NCBI GenBank assembly: GCA_048939265.1
Contig: JBHLPQ010000002.1
Span: 1-60,641 of the forward strand
Direction of reading: 5' to 3'
DNA length: 60,641 nt
Source: Promethearchaeota archaeon
GTDB lineage: Archaea; Asgardarchaeota; Heimdallarchaeia; Hodarchaeales; Hodarchaeaceae
Part shown: positions 28,526-36,385 of the stretch, piece after piece
How the letters are laid out: the number at the start of each line of letters is the position of its first letter
Position numbering within the stretch: the stretch's first letter is position 1
Position numbers and translations under genes: made by a program
Notes under the pieces: generated by a model
Told to the model about the DNA's origin: nothing
Database searches by the model: none
Seen by the model: only the letters and a program-made list of their open reading frames with translations

Positions 28526-29658
28526 TGGAGGATCTGAACTTGATGAGAATAAACCAGTATGGAAGACGACTAGCGATCGTGTTAGGTATCCTCTTAACCA
28601 GCGGAGTGATCGGATCAGAACCCATAGCGAGTGGGAACCCAGGGGGGGAACAAAAATATAGTGAAAAAACCATTGGAACTAGTAAACTTCACCAAATACC
28701 CCAATCTATTAGTCAAAACTTAGAACTGGTTCTTCGAAACTCCTCTATACAATACATCGAACACGAACCAATCTTCATAAATGATAACTGGAAATTTCAA
28801 GAGTGGAATGGGAGTGGAACAGAAGCAGATCCGTTTATCATAACAGGCCTTAATATCACCAGTACATCTGATTGTATATGGATTCAAAGTACAGATGTTT
28901 ACTTCCAAATAATAAATTGTATTCTAATAGGGGGAGGTGCAGTCTTCCCTGGTAGTAATGGGATTACCCTTTTTGATGTAAAAAATGGGATTATCAAAAA
29001 CAATTTCATTACCCAGCATGAGAACGCAGTTGGCCTTGGAGGAGCTAGTAACAACGTAATTACTAATAATTATCTGGTCCAAAATTTCAGAGGGGTGGGA
29101 GGTAGTGACAGTACTGATAATCTATTTGTGGAGAATACCATTCATAATTCAGAAGAAATAGGCATAAATCTAGGTGATTCGAATACAAACATAATCGCAA
29201 ACAATACGATTTCGTATAATCTGGGCCATGGGATCTTATGTGAGGGGGACTCAAATGGAAATGTCATAACATGGAATAATTTTATAGATAACAATCCCTT
29301 TGAAGCAAAACAAGTGGACGATCACAAAGGAACTAAATCGGACAATTTATTTCAGTACAACTATTGGAATGACTGGACAAGTCCAGATATAAATGAAGAT
29401 GGGATCGTAGACACCCCGTACACGTTTTGGAACTACAATCAAGATCAATTTCCATTGACGTCTCCAGCACCAGCTGCACCCAGAATTCCCGAAAAACCAG
29501 CTGGTTTTGAATCACAAAACCCTGTTAAACAGTTAGATACCTCAGCGTATGCGCGCTTAGGAATATTTTGTGGGGTGTGTGTGGTTGTGTTCGGATGGAG
29601 TATGATAGCTCTCCTCCAAAAAAGGCTCCCAAATTCACTTGAAGCAAACGACTCCTGA
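28507..29658 (+). CDS. Secreted/anchored beta-helix (NosD-like) protein
   Basis: 383 aa in the track; likely start is ATG 28525 (TAATG overlap with the upstream stop) or 28543. NYWNDWTSPDINEDGIVDTPY motif as in the 53922 protein; C-terminal TM. The last ~22 nt and the stop lie inside an R copy. Confidence 0.8.
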   Translation: MGEIFLMEDLNLMRINQYGRRLAIVLGILLTSGVIGSEPIASGNPGGEQKYSEKTIGTSKLHQIPQSISQNLELVLRNSSIQYIEHEPIFINDNWKFQEWNGSGTEADPFIITGLNITSTSDCIWIQSTDVYFQIINCILIGGGAVFPGSNGITLFDVKNGIIKNNFITQHENAVGLGGASNNVITNNYLVQNFRGVGGSDSTDNLFVENTIHNSEEIGINLGDSNTNIIANNTISYNLGHGILCEGDSNGNVITWNNFIDNNPFEAKQVDDHKGTKSDNLFQYNYWNDWTSPDINEDGIVDTPYTFWNYNQDQFPLTSPAPAAPRIPEKPAGFESQNPVKQLDTSAYARLGIFCGVCVVVFGWSMIALLQKRLPNSLEANDS

Positions 29659-29743
29659 ATCTATCTAACGAAAGATTTTTTCCGAAAAATCTCGCTTTCC
29701 ACCTGTTTTCGCAAAAATTAGCTCAGATGCATTAGTGGGGGAG
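29637..29743 (+). repeat. R element copy overlapping the 3' end of ORF 28507-29658
   Basis: CACTTGAAGCAAACGACTCCTGAATCTATCTAACGAAAGATTTTTTCCGAAAAATCTCGCTTTCCACC...GATGCATTAGTGGGGGAG. Confidence 0.8.
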
Positions 29744-29804
29744 AATTATCCAACCATAATATTTTTAATACTGTACTACATGTATATACAATAGGGGTCA
29801 TATA

Positions 29805-30062
29805 ATGGCTAATATCAGTGTACGCGTCGATGCAAAAATGAAGAAAGAAATGGAGCGTCTAAAGCAAGTAAATTGGAGTGAAGTGATCAGAGTAGCGATA
29901 AAAGAGCGCCTCGATCAGGAAAAACAAAAAAATCTTGCAAAGGCAGTTTTAATTAACGAAAAAATCCGTAAAAAAGCCCCAAGCGGATATGATAGTACAA
30001 GGATCATTCGAGAATGGAGAGATCGGAGAAGTCAGAGCACTGAAGGGTCGACAGGAGGGTGA
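29805..30062 (+). CDS. vapB: VapB-type antitoxin
   Basis: 85 aa; 4-nt overlap (GTGA) with the downstream PIN gene; paralog of 60347-60598 (shared NWSEV.R.A...R). Confidence 0.7.
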   Translation: MANISVRVDAKMKKEMERLKQVNWSEVIRVAIKERLDQEKQKNLAKAVLINEKIRKKAPSGYDSTRIIREWRDRRSQSTEGSTGG

Positions 30063-30517
30063 AACAGATACAAAAAATAGTCGTAGATGCAAGTCTAGTG
30101 GTAAAGTGGTTCATAAGCGAAGAATACAGTAATCTAGCTCTAGAAATTAGAGACCATTTTGTTGAAGGGCAAATAGAGTTGTATGCGCCTAATCTATTGC
30201 ATTATGAGGTGCTGAATGCACTAAAATACAGTAATTTATTCTCTCGGGAGAACCTAGCAGATGCAGTCACCTCATTAGAAAATTATGGGATTATTCAATT
30301 ACCATTAAACGGAGAATATGCACAAAAAACAATGCAACTAGCAGTGGAACAGAACATCTCCATCTATGATGCAGCATATGTGAGTTTAACCGATGTCATG
30401 GGAATTATCGCCTATTCAGCAGATAAAAAATTAGTGGATACAGTGCAAAAAGACTATGGAAAGGCCTTCTTGTTCATTACACTCCTAGAGGAGAAGAATG
30501 AAAAACCTGTCACCTAA
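30059..30517 (+). CDS. vapC: PIN-domain toxin VapC
   Basis: 152 aa; N-terminal IVVDASLVVKWF PIN signature with acidic residues downstream. The stop TAA lies in the ACCTAA variant of the R motif ACCTGA. Confidence 0.85.
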   Translation: MKQIQKIVVDASLVVKWFISEEYSNLALEIRDHFVEGQIELYAPNLLHYEVLNALKYSNLFSRENLADAVTSLENYGIIQLPLNGEYAQKTMQLAVEQNISIYDAAYVSLTDVMGIIAYSADKKLVDTVQKDYGKAFLFITLLEEKNEKPVT

Positions 30518-30562
30518 AAATCTCAATTTCTAATCAAGTCACCCAGGTGTGATTAGTGGGAG
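30509..30562 (+). repeat. R element, 3' part (inner hairpin deleted)
   Basis: CACCTAAAAATCTCAATTTCTAATCAAGTCACCCAGGTGTGATTAGTGGGAG. Confidence 0.7.
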
Positions 30563-30665
30563 CTGATAATTAATTATCTAACATCATTTCCTATATTTTT
30601 AAGAAATTAAGTTTGAATCTAACTGAAGGTATAAAACAGACCTCAAGAGCTTTTATACGATTTAT

Positions 30666-30688
30666 AAGATTCCAATATCTTTTAAATA
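30666..30688. promoter_or_regulatory. Palindrome AAGATTCCAATATCTT overlapping the TATA-like box of family-A paralog 4
   Basis: AAGATT-CCAAT-ATCTT followed by TTTTAAATA, ~83 nt upstream of the probable GTG start 30771. Same layout as 21409-21430. Confidence 0.4.
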
Positions 30689-30710
30689 ACAAGAATCATT
30701 TCTTAATTGG

Positions 30711-32315
30711 TTGAAAAGAAAATTAGGATTAGTGTTTCCAGTTCTCTCCTTTCGTGAGGTGAGCAATATAGTGGCACGGCCTGGTCGAGAGAGTTTTAAA
30801 CGTTTTATTAAAACAATTCTCGAACAAATTCCCCCCTATATTAAGGGATACTTACCATCAGATCAAACTTTATTGACAGAATTCTTCTCAATTCTCGAAA
30901 ATTACGAGGAGGCCGATTTTCAGAGAGATAGACTCTCACAACGAATCGAAAAATACATTGAAGGGATTTCTGAAACACCAGAACTCATAGAGAAAGCATT
31001 TCTTTGGTTTACATACTTCTATATACAAAATGCGGATACTTTATTGAATATTTCTGGATTTCACGCCGACTCCTTTTATGAATACTTAGTTAAACATCTC
31101 AGGGGGAGTGGGGACACTCCAGGAGTATTCAATCTGATTCGCCAGCAAGTACCACTGACAAATCTGGCATGGGAAAAATTACAGTATGAAAGTAACAAAC
31201 TCATCTATCCTCTTTCAGAACAGCAACTACAAATCATACACGCTCTATACTCATTTATTAAAAAAGGGGGAATAGACGCCCTAAATCCACGAAGAATTAA
31301 AAAGGCTATAACAAACCAAGTACCTTTTCAGTCGAATGAGAAACCAGCCACCATACTTTCACGGTTTTTTAAATTCATTAATGGTTCTTGGTACTTACGT
31401 TTTCATAGTCCTGCCTTTGGTTTGGATCGTTTGGCTTTTCATTTTGAAGTAAATAAAGGGAGGTCGCTAAGTGACATAATCGACTTTCTTGACTCAAGTT
31501 CCACGGTGTTAGGTTATAGCGCAATATACTATGATCGAAACAATCCCAAAACCCATTTTGGTACATTAGTTATCCCAATAGAAACAATTAACCAGTTAAC
31601 AGAGTATCTTCATCAACGAGACGCAGAAGGAGCTATCAACCTAATTGATTTAACAAAAATAAACAGCATACATCGAAAGGTGTCGTTTGAAAAGTATGAA
31701 ATAGGCACTGGATGGGCACAGCTGAAAAAAACGGAACAGCAGCGATTAACCGATCATATAAAGGCGAAAAATCCTCGAAAAATGAGAAAACCAGCTGCAT
31801 TATCATTCACTACTCCAGACTATAACATTGACTGGAATTTCAGGGATCATCCCTTACCCTCTGAAATCATTCAATTGTATTGCAGAGTTCCAGGCGAATT
31901 TTCGTATTCGTCACTACCAATCCAACCAGTAGATAGACAAAACGCGTTTACACTCTCGCAAGCAGAAATCGGGTTATTGAAACAATTACTCTATAACCAT
32001 GTGGTTCATATTGGATTCGTCCCATATCGTCTAGTTTATGAATTTGCATTGGATGCCTATTGGATTAAAATCCCCCAAATTCCCCAAATTCAATTGAAAA
32101 AATTCCTAAACATATTACCATATTGTGAATACTATCTTACTGATTCTTCTATTCTGGTATGGACGAGATTAACTCCCCAATTGAGACAATGGATAGAAAA
32201 GGACCTCCTGTGGGAAATCTATCAACTCCTACCAACACATCCTCCACAAGAATTGAAAGAGGAATGGTTTGATGACAATAATCTCATGTGGATTCCACCT
32301 GAATTTCTCCAGTAA
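30711..32315 (+). CDS. Family-A paralog 4
   Basis: 534 aa in the track; probable start is GTG 30771 (VARPGRESFKRF), preceded by GAGGTGA. Confidence 0.9.
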   Translation: MKRKLGLVFPVLSFREVSNIVARPGRESFKRFIKTILEQIPPYIKGYLPSDQTLLTEFFSILENYEEADFQRDRLSQRIEKYIEGISETPELIEKAFLWFTYFYIQNADTLLNISGFHADSFYEYLVKHLRGSGDTPGVFNLIRQQVPLTNLAWEKLQYESNKLIYPLSEQQLQIIHALYSFIKKGGIDALNPRRIKKAITNQVPFQSNEKPATILSRFFKFINGSWYLRFHSPAFGLDRLAFHFEVNKGRSLSDIIDFLDSSSTVLGYSAIYYDRNNPKTHFGTLVIPIETINQLTEYLHQRDAEGAINLIDLTKINSIHRKVSFEKYEIGTGWAQLKKTEQQRLTDHIKAKNPRKMRKPAALSFTTPDYNIDWNFRDHPLPSEIIQLYCRVPGEFSYSSLPIQPVDRQNAFTLSQAEIGLLKQLLYNHVVHIGFVPYRLVYEFALDAYWIKIPQIPQIQLKKFLNILPYCEYYLTDSSILVWTRLTPQLRQWIEKDLLWEIYQLLPTHPPQELKEEWFDDNNLMWIPPEFLQ

Positions 32316-32358
32316 TGAAAAAAAGGTAGGAGGGGGGAGTGGATATAGAATTTTAACT

Positions 32359-32391
32359 TTATTTGGGAGGAGGAGAACCTGGTGGAGGCAT
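32359..32391 (-). CDS. Candidate convergent micro-ORF (10 aa: MPPPGSPPPK)
   Basis: ATG 32391. Minus-strand TTCTTAAAGA (32433-32424) lies ~32 nt upstream, with GGTGAAAAATAAA before the ATG. CTGGTG..CACCAG inverted repeat spans the start. A-run 32319-32325 is a T-run on the minus strand. Confidence 0.35.
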   Translation of the reverse strand: MPPPGSPPPK

Positions 32392-32589
32392 TTTATTTTT
32401 CACCAGTTCTCTATTCCGTACAGTCTTTAAGAACACCCAACATTTACCCAATGGACTATTAATTGAGTTTTTTAAGATTTGAAATTTACCAATTGCCATT
32501 CACAGTCTTTTCCACGCGCTCCATATAAGCTCCCAAGCAAAAGTGTACACTATCACTGAGACATGAGTTATAAAACAAAAGCCCTGCAG

Positions 32590-32647
32590 TTTCGATTCGT
32601 TCTGATAGAGGATAACAACTACTCAATGCCTAAACGATTAGTGAGAG
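32590..32647 (+). repeat. R element-like, short degenerate
   Basis: TTTCGATTCG...ACTCAATGCCTAAACGATTAGTGAGAG; the end resembles GCGATTAGTGGGAG. Confidence 0.3.
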
Positions 32648-33061
32648 TATTATTATGAATTATACATTTATTGCTGAAACTCCTTCCTTCATCAGAAGAT
32701 TTTTAGCTGCTTGCACATACTCCTCGAATTTCTGAAAGGTCATCTCTCTCGGGGTCAAGTCACTTTCTTTTTGCCACTCGTCCACCTGTTCCCAAATCAT
32801 CGTTAAGTCTACATTGGGGTTGAGCTCTAATCAAAGGTTGAACACTTAAAAACACCAAACTAATTAGTATCAGCGAAATATCCATCAATTCTTTCTCCCA
32901 AGGTTTTTTTACCTTCTGTTGGGAGTCTGAGTGAACTTTCATCCTTTCTTTCATTCGTCTCCGACTAGCTTAAGTTTTCCCCCTATCACCTATTTATGTT
33001 CATTCACGTTAGAGTGGTATTTTTCGTGTGAAGACCTTCCCTCAGAAAATAAATAGGAAAA

Positions 33062-33150
33062 GACAGACATCAGACCACTGGCACTCTACTTGAAGCACAC
33101 GACTCCTTAACGCAAAATGACGAGAGGGCCATCTCAATTTCCACACGGTT
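33062..33150 (+). repeat. R element copy (short-3'-end variant)
   Basis: GACAGACATCAGACCACTGGCACTCTACTTGAAGCACACGACTCCTTAACGCAAAATGACGAGAGGGCCATCTCAATTTCCACACGGTT. CTTAAC..GTTAAG is a terminal inverted repeat. Confidence 0.85.
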
Positions 33151-33303
33151 AAGTTACTTTCAGTTTCCATTACTTCCTAATAAATCTTGAACTTTTTCAT
33201 TGAAAAGTGATTCAACAGACAAGAAAAAAAGCTATATGATTAATGATATAAGAGACCCTTACCAAGAAACTCTTGCAGCGAGACGCACCATGGGTTGGAG
33301 TGA

Positions 33304-33795
33304 ATGTCCCCCAAAGCACAAAAGTCTGACCAAACACTTGAATTTGAAACGTGCCCGTTTTGTCGAAGTTATAGCATCATGAAATTGCCGATATATGACG
33401 ATGGCACGATGTATCGACGGCATAGATGGAACCAAGGAGCAGTATCTTATGCCAAAACAGGAGTGAAAACCAGCGAGATAATCAAATGTGGGAACTGTAA
33501 TCAAGTAATCGCGATTGATGTATACGCAGGGGAAAAAAATTTCCGAGGAAGGCAACTGAATCCTAACGTGAAAATTCGAAAGAAAGCGATCCCCAATACT
33601 TCCCCAGACCAGGTGCCCCAGAACCATCAAAAAGTGGGAGAACAGAAAGAACCAAAGAAACCGCGCTGTAGGCACTTAAAAACGTCACATGCGGACCCAA
33701 ACGCGCTCTTTTGTCATGAATGTGGGAAATTAACAATCGTTGGAAAATTCCTCCAATTGGATAATAATAAGAGACGGATTCAGATGGAGTGGTAG
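33304..33795 (+). CDS. Zinc-ribbon-rich small protein
   Basis: 163 aa with CPFC, CGNC and CHEC(GK) Cys pairs. Preferred over the antisense ORF 33259-33675. Confidence 0.55.
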   Translation: MSPKAQKSDQTLEFETCPFCRSYSIMKLPIYDDGTMYRRHRWNQGAVSYAKTGVKTSEIIKCGNCNQVIAIDVYAGEKNFRGRQLNPNVKIRKKAIPNTSPDQVPQNHQKVGEQKEPKKPRCRHLKTSHADPNALFCHECGKLTIVGKFLQLDNNKRRIQMEW

Positions 33796-34412
33796 GTATG
33801 AATCGAGCGAGTCGGTTTCTTCAGTGGATAGAAGAGAATTTTCCTCCCCTAGAAGAGTTTAGGTTGATCTATCCCGGCGAATTGCCATTCGCGCAGCATT
33901 TCGATATCAGTTTGAGGCGAACGGGCTCATTAATGAAGGGGAATCAATGGTATCTATTCAAAGAAGTTCCATGGAATTTGACACAAGAGACAGCGAATCA
34001 GCTTGCATTTGAAAGAACCCAACTGGTAAAGGAGAAGGGGAAAATCCTAAAAGGCATAGTGGATATCATGGTCTTTATTTACGTTTCTGAGAAGACCGTG
34101 CCATCAGAAGTGCTAGAGTGTCTGGGAAATTTTCATTCGATAAAGAAAAGCCTCCTCCGAAATGTCCATGAAATTAATCTGTTTTTCAATGTGGGGACAG
34201 GCGAATATTTCCAACCCCAAAAGATCGGGTTCACAGCAAGATTACCAATAATGACGCTTCTCAAGGAAACACGACAATTTATTTTTGAGCCATACAAAAA
34301 ATGGCTCCAGTCAGGGGAACAAATAGCGAGTTTCTGTCGGAAATGTGGACAGGAAAATCCTGGGAAATATAATAAATTCTGCGGAAAATGCGGAGAAAGC
34401 CTGGTATTATAG
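33789..34412 (+). CDS. Hypothetical protein with C-terminal zinc ribbon
   Basis: 207 aa; FCRKCGQENPGKYNKFCGKCGESL at the C-terminus; overlaps the upstream ORF by 7 nt. Confidence 0.6.
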   Translation: MVGMNRASRFLQWIEENFPPLEEFRLIYPGELPFAQHFDISLRRTGSLMKGNQWYLFKEVPWNLTQETANQLAFERTQLVKEKGKILKGIVDIMVFIYVSEKTVPSEVLECLGNFHSIKKSLLRNVHEINLFFNVGTGEYFQPQKIGFTARLPIMTLLKETRQFIFEPYKKWLQSGEQIASFCRKCGQENPGKYNKFCGKCGESLVL

Positions 34413-34444
34413 GAAAGGGAAAATCTTAACGGATGATGGGACAA

Positions 34445-34825
34445 TTAACTGACAATATAAAAAATCGCAAAGAAAAAGCCAGAATATGTGAAATAGTCGC
34501 CAATATCGGAGTGGATACGATCAAACTCCTCACAGGAAGTCTCAAAGCTGACAGTGGGGTCAGAGGTGGAGGGATCGAGTAAAACTGTAATGGCATGATA
34601 GAGAGTGGGGTACGCGCTGAAATCAAGGTGAGTGATGTTCCGATAGGGTTGGGTGATATCAGAGTCGGGGTGAGAGAGGAGATGAACCTCGATCCCACAA
34701 TAATTTCCTGGCCCGGGGGCGTAAACACACCCCGACACAAGAAAAAGACAGATTAGACACCCCCCAACAAATTTCAAGTTAGCAGAGACGAATCCCTTCC
34801 GTTCTGAAGAGGAGGACGCTCGCAT
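34445..34825 (-). CDS. Lipoprotein-like small secreted protein, paralog of 59714-60115
   Basis: 126 aa; hydrophobic N-terminus with Cys. The shared block NITHLDF(S/T).YPTLY.AIT.L.DP...FTYS.F.F.I.Y(I/V)VS supports this frame over ORF 34426-34740. Confidence 0.65.
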   Translation of the reverse strand: MRASSSSERKGFVSANLKFVGGCLICLFLVSGCVYAPGPGNYCGIEVHLLSHPDSDITQPYRNITHLDFSAYPTLYHAITVLLDPSTSDPTVSFETSCEEFDRIHSDIGDYFTYSGFFFAIFYIVS

Positions 34826-34879
34826 CGTAACCCCAAATCATAGATGGAACTTGATCCTTATAAGGTAACTCGAGGAAGT

Positions 34880-35128
34880 TTATCGATTCTCTGCCCCTTC
34901 TTTCTTAGGTGGATAACAAGCCTCACACGCTAAATTTAAGCATTTAATTTTCTCTCTACTCCGGTTTCTAAAAAATACCTTAAATCTAGTTCCACAGAAT
35001 AAGCATTCTTGGCGCCTATCCCACCCTCTTTGAGAAATTAAGGTAATACAGAACTCACACGTGTATCTGTAACAGCGAGCACACTGAAGAAGAAAATCAT
35101 CCCTTCCACAGATCTGACACTGATTCAT
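34880..35128 (-). CDS. Small CxxC zinc-finger protein
   Basis: 82 aa; CQICG, CARC, CEFC, CLFCG and CEAC pairs. Confidence 0.55.
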   Translation of the reverse strand: MNQCQICGRDDFLLQCARCYRYTCEFCITLISQRGWDRRQECLFCGTRFKVFFRNRSREKIKCLNLACEACYPPKKEGAENR

Positions 35129-35236
35129 ATTTCCTTTCTTCTATATCTCCGACGAAATTTCTTTCTCATAATTAAAGGGACTTAGGGGAATAAAAGGCTA
35201 TCTCGAGAATCTCTCCGAGTAGCTAAAGAAATATAC

Positions 35237-35434
35237 ATGACATTCTGCTTCATTGGAAACTTTATTGAAACGGAAAAATATCAGAGACCTTTAGATAGAG
35301 TAGCTAAAACAATTGTTGTGAAAAGAGAACAAAAAATTCCCATCTGGAAAAATATCTTAACTGTCATGTTACTGTGTCTAGTAAGTATTTCTTCATACCC
35401 CCTGGCATTTTTTATTATAAATTTACCGCCCTAA
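35237..35434 (+). pseudogene. C-terminal remnant of an RDD-family membrane protein gene
   Basis: KYQRPLDRVAKTIVVKREQKIPIWKNILTVMLLCLVSISSYPLAFFIINL matches the C-terminus of ORF 42972-43715. There is ~75% nt identity over ~190 nt including the 3' flank TAAACTCAGAG, and the N-terminal ~180 codons are missing. Confidence 0.6.
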
Positions 35435-35800
35435 ACTCAGAGTACTAGACAAGGCTTCTCAGCTATGTGTAGCTCCACAATCCACTTCCTTATATTTCCT
35501 CCGAAACGCAAGAACAGTGGGCATGTGTTAAGAAAATGACCTAAGGTTTCATAAACGAGTGGGGGGTAACTTTATATTCAATAAAACCCTAAAGAATCAG
35601 GGGATTCTTCAAGAGGTTTCATGATGAAAGAGCGTGAAAGCAAAGAAAAGGATATTGTCGTAGAAGGGACAGTCATTGACAACCCCCTTTTCGGGGTGCA
35701 TATAATCACAAAACTACGCATTATTTTTTAACACAAGCCAGGTGTATAATGAAACGTTACAGTTCGGATTCAATTCCCCTTACTAGACGAACTATCCTCA

Positions 35801-35906
35801 TATCAGACCAACTACTCTCTACTTCAAGTATACGACTCCTTCAAGCTATTTGACGAAAAAACCATCTCATTTTCTAATCAAATCGCCCTGGTGCGATTAG
35901 TGGGAG
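35801..35906 (+). repeat. R element copy
   Basis: TATCAGACCAACTACTCTCTACTTCAAGTATACGACTCCTTCAAGCTATTTGACGAAAAAACCATCTCATTTTCTAATCAAATCGCCCTGGTGCGATTAGTGGGAG. Confidence 0.85.
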
Positions 35907-35955
35907 AAATTATCTGGGTTATAGGTTCGAGGGATAGAAGGACTTATATACTTCT

Positions 35956-36372
35956 ATGCATCGAATATCTATGTATCTTGAAAGGATAGATTTCAAGAAG
36001 GAATCTATGATGTCTCTTGAGAAACGACTTGAGAATGAAGTCACAGCTAATTTAATCACATTTCTTATTCTTAAATGTATCCAACAGCACAGTAAATCAT
36101 ATGGCTACCAAATGAAGAAGTATATTCAAGAGTATACAGGAAAATCTATCCCAGAAGGAACACTTTACCCCATTCTAAGTAAATTAGGAGATAAAAAGCC
36201 TCCCCGATATGGATATCTACGATCATTTAGAGAGGAAGTACAAGGAGGACGAAAGCGGAGATACTATCAGCTGACGGAACGCGGGAAGGCACAATTGAAA
36301 ATCTGGCCCAATAAATGGCTTGAATTAAACGATTTCGTCCAAGCGATCCTTAAGCGTCTCAATTCGGAGTAG
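35956..36372 (+). CDS. PadR-family transcriptional regulator
   Basis: 138 aa; SYGYQMKKYIQEYTGKSIPEGTLYPILSKL signature. Confidence 0.85.
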   Translation: MHRISMYLERIDFKKESMMSLEKRLENEVTANLITFLILKCIQQHSKSYGYQMKKYIQEYTGKSIPEGTLYPILSKLGDKKPPRYGYLRSFREEVQGGRKRRYYQLTERGKAQLKIWPNKWLELNDFVQAILKRLNSE

Positions 36373-36385
36373 GAAGGATGATAAA

